From positions 2,992 to 66,991 of the IMG/VR virus record IMGVR_UViG_3300027878_000003: a stretch of DNA of 64,000 bases. One strand, 5' to 3'. The number at the start of each line of letters is the position of its first letter. The stretch's first letter is position 1. Below the pieces are notes generated by a model. It ran no database searches. It was not told the origin of the DNA and worked only from the letters and a program-made list of their open reading frames with translations. The position numbers and the translations under genes are program-made. The stretch is from a virus. Positions 60,268 to 64,000 of the stretch are shown here, piece after piece.

Positions 60268-61075
60268 CTGCTTGAATTGCTAGAGCTGTGATAATTCTAG
60301 ATTGAGCTTCTGTCTCAATCCACTCCGCAACGATCTTTAATCCTCTACGACCTGCCAAGCTGAGGATGTCCAGGGCGATCGACTGGTAGGCTGGCTCTGC
60401 AATCCGTCGCATGATTGAGCCGTCAATCTTGATCCAGTCCAAGGGCAGGCAGAGCTGATGCAAGCCTGACTGACCTTGGGCAAAGTCGTCCAAAGCAATT
60501 TCGCACCCTAGCTCTGCCAGTCCACCTAGAGTCTGACAGGCTTGATTGAGATCGAACTCTTGATGCTCGGTGACTTCAAAGACGAGCTGATCCGAGGTAG
60601 CACCCGTCAGTATCAAGGTCTTTTCGACAAACGAGGGGAGTTGAGGGTCGGAGACGGATGCTGCTGAAAGATTGATAAAAACTTTTTGATTGGGATTGCC
60701 GCTAATGGCTTCCAAGGCATCCTTGACCACCCATTGATCTAGGTTCTTGCTGAGTTCTTCGCTAGGGAAAATATAAGGCAAAAAAGCCCCTGGAAATAGA
60801 ACTTCACCATCCAATACGTATCGAATTAAGAGTTCAGTCAGTGTCTTTTGCTCATGCACCTCGCCTGCGTTGTGAAGCGGCTGAATCGCTTCCTCGCAAA
60901 GGAAAAGGTAGTCTTTGCCCACAGAAGAAAATGCATCAAGCATTCGATATTTCCACTCCTCTTTTTTCCGAAACGCCTCTGCTGCGTCTACCAGGGTCTG
61001 GCGCAAGGAGTCGTCTTGAATCAAATCAAAAATATCAATCTCCAGACCAGCTCCCAGCATTTCAACTAACCACAA
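60200..61075 (-). CDS. Stand-alone EAL-domain c-di-GMP phosphodiesterase
   Basis: QP, ELLIR, FINLS, FEVTE, IALDDF, IKIDGS, IVAEWIET, QG. Confidence 0.9.
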   Translation of the reverse strand: MWLVEMLGAGLEIDIFDLIQDDSLRQTLVDAAEAFRKKEEWKYRMLDAFSSVGKDYLFLCEEAIQPLHNAGEVHEQKTLTELLIRYVLDGEVLFPGAFLPYIFPSEELSKNLDQWVVKDALEAISGNPNQKVFINLSAASVSDPQLPSFVEKTLILTGATSDQLVFEVTEHQEFDLNQACQTLGGLAELGCEIALDDFAQGQSGLHQLCLPLDWIKIDGSIMRRIAEPAYQSIALDILSLAGRRGLKIVAEWIETEAQSRIITALAIQADVSLWGQGHLFDPAGEALPHAA

Positions 61076-61129
61076 AGATCAATCAATTATTCCCGAAGCG
61101 AGCGCGGCTGAATTGAAAATATCCCTCTA

Positions 61130-61155
61130 AAGGAAGAGGCGATCGCCTCTTCCTT
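61130..61155. other. Perfect 26-bp palindrome centred on HIP1
   Basis: aaggaagaggcga|tcgcctcttcctt, just after the recombinase stop. Confidence 0.6.
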
Positions 61156-61160
61156 CTGAC

Positions 61161-62177
61161 CTATATCGGCAAAAAGCGGCAGGATGAGTCTGAAGGCTTG
61201 GCATGGAGATAGCGGCTGGTGGTGGCAACATTGGCGTGACCCAACGTGGCTTGCACCAAATGAATGGGGGCTTGGTGGTCCATCGCGTGACTCCCATGGG
61301 CGTGTCGCAGCCAATGGGGGGAAACTTTTGAGAGTAATGCTGCTATGCCAGACGCTTCCGAGATCCGCAGCACTTCTGTAGTGGTTAGCTTTCTTGCTGG
61401 TACATGCGCCAGCAGTTTTCCCTGAACCTTTATCCTATGGGATAAGAGATCCCACTCCTCTTCTGCATCTATAGAGAACTGGTCCAATGCGGCTCGGATA
61501 GCCGCAGCTTTAACAATTCGCAGCACTTGCGCCCGACCGAGATGCTTGCCTGTCTTGCTGGGAAAGACGGGGTGATCCGGGTCAGAGAGCCGCAGACCTC
61601 TTAGTTTCTCGATCGCCTGACAGATGGTGGAGTTATTCAATAGGACGCGCCTGGTCTTGCCGCCCTTGCCAAAGATGGAGACTTGCAGCTCGTCGCCGCG
61701 CACCATGAAGTCTTTCCAACACAGCCCGCAGATTTCGCTGACTCGCATTCCCGTGGCGTAGAGCAAGAGGAGCAAGGTGCGGCTTTGAAAGTTTGGCTCT
61801 AGACGAATCAGGGTGGCGACTTCTAATTCTGTCAGGATGCGTTCTGTCAGGGTGTCTTTGGAGCCGGGGACAATCAGAGCAACGCCGACGTTAAACGGTA
61901 GAGCACCGATGCGGTGACCGTAGCTGAAGAGAGATTTGACCACCGTTAGAATCAAACGCTGGCTAGAAGGTTGCAGGGGTGATCCGGCTAGATGGTTGGC
62001 AAAGTTCTGCAAGTCCTCTAGGGCGATCGCATTGAGGGACTTATTGGTGAAGCTCAGGAATTGCAGGGCATAGCGGCTATAGCTATCAATGGTTTCCGGG
62101 GACTTGCCGTGGAGCCACATCGTTATAAGCTTGTTCTCGGCTTGGGCGAGTTCATCAAGTCGTGCCAAGCTGTTCAT
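61161..62177 (-). CDS. Tyrosine recombinase (XerC/D-like)
   Basis: TGMRVSE, GKGGKTR, SPHWLRH, LGHANVATTSRY. Confidence 0.95.
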   Translation of the reverse strand: MNSLARLDELAQAENKLITMWLHGKSPETIDSYSRYALQFLSFTNKSLNAIALEDLQNFANHLAGSPLQPSSQRLILTVVKSLFSYGHRIGALPFNVGVALIVPGSKDTLTERILTELEVATLIRLEPNFQSRTLLLLLYATGMRVSEICGLCWKDFMVRGDELQVSIFGKGGKTRRVLLNNSTICQAIEKLRGLRLSDPDHPVFPSKTGKHLGRAQVLRIVKAAAIRAALDQFSIDAEEEWDLLSHRIKVQGKLLAHVPARKLTTTEVLRISEASGIAALLSKVSPHWLRHAHGSHAMDHQAPIHLVQATLGHANVATTSRYLHAKPSDSSCRFLPI

Positions 62178-62253
62178 TACGCTTAAGCCAGTGGAGAATT
62201 GGGAGGGGAGAGACAGACCTCCCTCGCATGTCTCTCCCCTGGCTTAAGGTTCC

Positions 62254-62685
62254 CTAACGGACTATTTGGAACACGAGCATGGCGATCGCCATGCCGAACG
62301 AAAGGATGTAGAAGTCTCGCTGGTAGTGGGTTTCCAGCTCCGAAGTGAGCACATCAACGATCGCCTGATGGGTGGCAGCAGCTTCTTCCCAAGTTGCGCT
62401 GAGCCATTGTGTCTCGTCCATCCGCCCGCCAAAGACTTCCGTCTGGAACAGCTTGGGTGTTTCGCTCAGACCGATGTTGACCCCCGAAAAGATGGTAGAA
62501 ACAAACGATTGCCCTACTGTTGTTTGCTCAACTTTGCGAGCAGAAAAGTCGTCATAGAGGCGAACGAATTCCCCAATGTCATTGCTGGGGATGGGTGTGT
62601 GTTGATCTAAGACGTAGTAGAGCGGGATCTTTCGGTCTTGCCATTGCTCTGCCTTGAGCCACGCTTTGGAACGATCTTGTAACAT
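62254..62685 (-). CDS. Hypothetical phage protein
   Basis: VSTIFSG..LFQTEVFGG..TWEEA..H. Confidence 0.65.
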   Translation of the reverse strand: MLQDRSKAWLKAEQWQDRKIPLYYVLDQHTPIPSNDIGEFVRLYDDFSARKVEQTTVGQSFVSTIFSGVNIGLSETPKLFQTEVFGGRMDETQWLSATWEEAAATHQAIVDVLTSELETHYQRDFYILSFGMAIAMLVFQIVR

Positions 62686-62908
62686 GATTTCAAAAAAAGG
62701 GGACAGAAATGTATTACCAGTTTAGAGGCAGTCGGAGTGATGCGGCGATCGCCCGGACGTTGGAGAGAGAGCAGTCTGTGGCGGCGCAAAAGAAGAGGCG
62801 CGACTTTGCTTTACCGTACCGCAAAGACCAGTATTTCTGCCTGCACGTTCCGGTTCACCTGCTGATCATTGAAAAACTAAAAGAAGGGGCGATCGCCAAG
62901 GATTGACC

Positions 62909-62938
62909 AACGATCCATTACTGGAATAATGGATCGTT
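62909..62938. terminator. Hairpin between convergent ORFs
   Basis: aacgatccatta..taatggatcgtt. Confidence 0.5.
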
Positions 62939-63366
62939 CATCCAAAACACAACGAATTAGATAGGGTTTCAGCCGCTGGGAACAGGCGGAAATAGTCGGG
63001 GTCTGCGCGGGCTAGATCCGCCAACATGATGATCTGGGCTTGCTGCTTTGGGGAGAGCTTGGAGCAAATGTGTCGCTTGACGATGAGCGGCAACTTATTG
63101 GAAGAGATGACGGCAACGATCGCCATCGGCATGGAGCCGCGATCCGCAGCATCTTTGTGAAGTTGCAAGCACTCCGCTTGATGCTCTACGCCATAAGCGC
63201 CCCGGCATAGTTCACGCAGTAAAGGATAGGCTTCGCTCAAGGCAATACCATAGGGGCGATCGTCATGCAGCTCTGACTTCTTGCCGCAGGTTCGCAAACC
63301 TGCACCGCCGCGAATGCTGTTGATCATGGTCCAGGGGTCAACGTCAGCGAATTGGATGGCAGTCAT
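62938..63366 (-). CDS. Hypothetical protein
   Basis: Likely start MTAIQ. Confidence 0.5.
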   Translation of the reverse strand: MTAIQFADVDPWTMINSIRGGAGLRTCGKKSELHDDRPYGIALSEAYPLLRELCRGAYGVEHQAECLQLHKDAADRGSMPMAIVAVISSNKLPLIVKRHICSKLSPKQQAQIIMLADLARADPDYFRLFPAAETLSNSLCFG

Positions 63367-63399
63367 GGGAAGGCTAGAGGTGCAGAGTTCCGAATTAGA

Positions 63400-64000
63400 A
63401 TGCCCCCACCTCCAGCTCAAGACCCCAAACCCGGACAGCTTCACATCAAGTATGTGCGGTTAGACTTTGCTCGCCGTTGGGACGACAATCACAAAATTCA
63501 TGACCTGGAGAAGATTGCCCGCTCGATCGTCCGTCGAGGGTTTCGCAATGCACCGATTTGGGACGGACAGCTCAACAACGGAGTCGGAGGGATTGCTGGA
63601 GGGAATGGCTCGATCGAAGCCCTGGAGCTTCTATTTAATCGTAAGGCATCACTGCCTAAGTTCATTGAGTGCGACCCAGACGACAACTGGTGGGTGCCCA
63701 TACAGTTTGGGGGGGATTCAGAATCCTTGGCTGAGGCAGAAGCGTTTGCCCTGGACTTAAATAACTTGACGCTGGCAGGGTTCTCCGCTGAGGAGCGATC
63801 GCGGGTTTGGGATGGTAAGAAGTATCTGGCGATCGTCCAGAAGCTGGAGGCGAGCAATCACCTGCCAGAGTCGGTAGACAAGAATGATGTGCAGCGACTG
63901 TTGGCAATGGCAAAGAATGGAGGGAATACTGCTGGCGCATACGCCAGCAATGAAGAGATGGACTTGGCGAAGAGAATGCTTGCTGGTACAAACGCCAGCA
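63400..64000 (+). CDS. ParB/Srx-like N-terminal domain protein, partial
   Basis: Hand translation, open to the window end: MPPPP..WDDNHKIHDLEKIARSIVRRGFRNAPIWD..GIAGGNGSIEAL. Confidence 0.65.
   Translation, partial: MPPPPAQDPKPGQLHIKYVRLDFARRWDDNHKIHDLEKIARSIVRRGFRNAPIWDGQLNNGVGGIAGGNGSIEALELLFNRKASLPKFIECDPDDNWWVPIQFGGDSESLAEAEAFALDLNNLTLAGFSAEERSRVWDGKKYLAIVQKLEASNHLPESVDKNDVQRLLAMAKNGGNTAGAYASNEEMDLAKRMLAGTNAS

Noticed and set aside
1-64000. Abundant GCGATCGC as a novel repeat
   Set aside because: It is the known cyanobacterial HIP1 sequence; informative only about the host.

Overview
The window is part of a cyanobacterial phage-plasmid or prophage; the HIP1 octamer GCGATCGC is abundant throughout. 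It carries a plasmid-type replicon (seven 44/47-bp iterons, an AEP-type Rep and an RHH regulator) and two tyrosine recombinases. Tailed-phage morphogenesis genes are present but scattered: terminase S/L, a DUF1073-type portal on the opposite strand, MuF, DUF2213 protease/scaffold, DUF2184 capsid, tail genes and a partial tape measure. There is also an FtsK/lysozyme-M23 transfer-like module, an intact tnpB-only IS605-family element, and host-modulating genes (nblA, EAL phosphodiesterase, MT-A70 methyltransferase). The leading candidate novel system is a head-cargo code: R-x-D-(A/S/G) motifs saturate the DUF2213 scaffold and mark domain boundaries in capsid, portal, MuF, a 1975-aa polyprotein and a 643-aa protein. 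Two recurring tag modules (a Cys4 motif and WVxDxRVxGGxYLRK) follow these sites and precede effector domains (LRAT-like thiol enzymes, a HipA-like kinase, a degenerate alpha/beta hydrolase). Other signals are a nuclease-dead TnpB with a separate orphan omega-RNA-like element, a strand-biased phased GCAC array around nblA, a dispersed parS-like 20-bp palindrome, and a shared GGGAAnnnTA motif upstream of structural genes. All family calls are by-eye motif recognition; no database searches were run.
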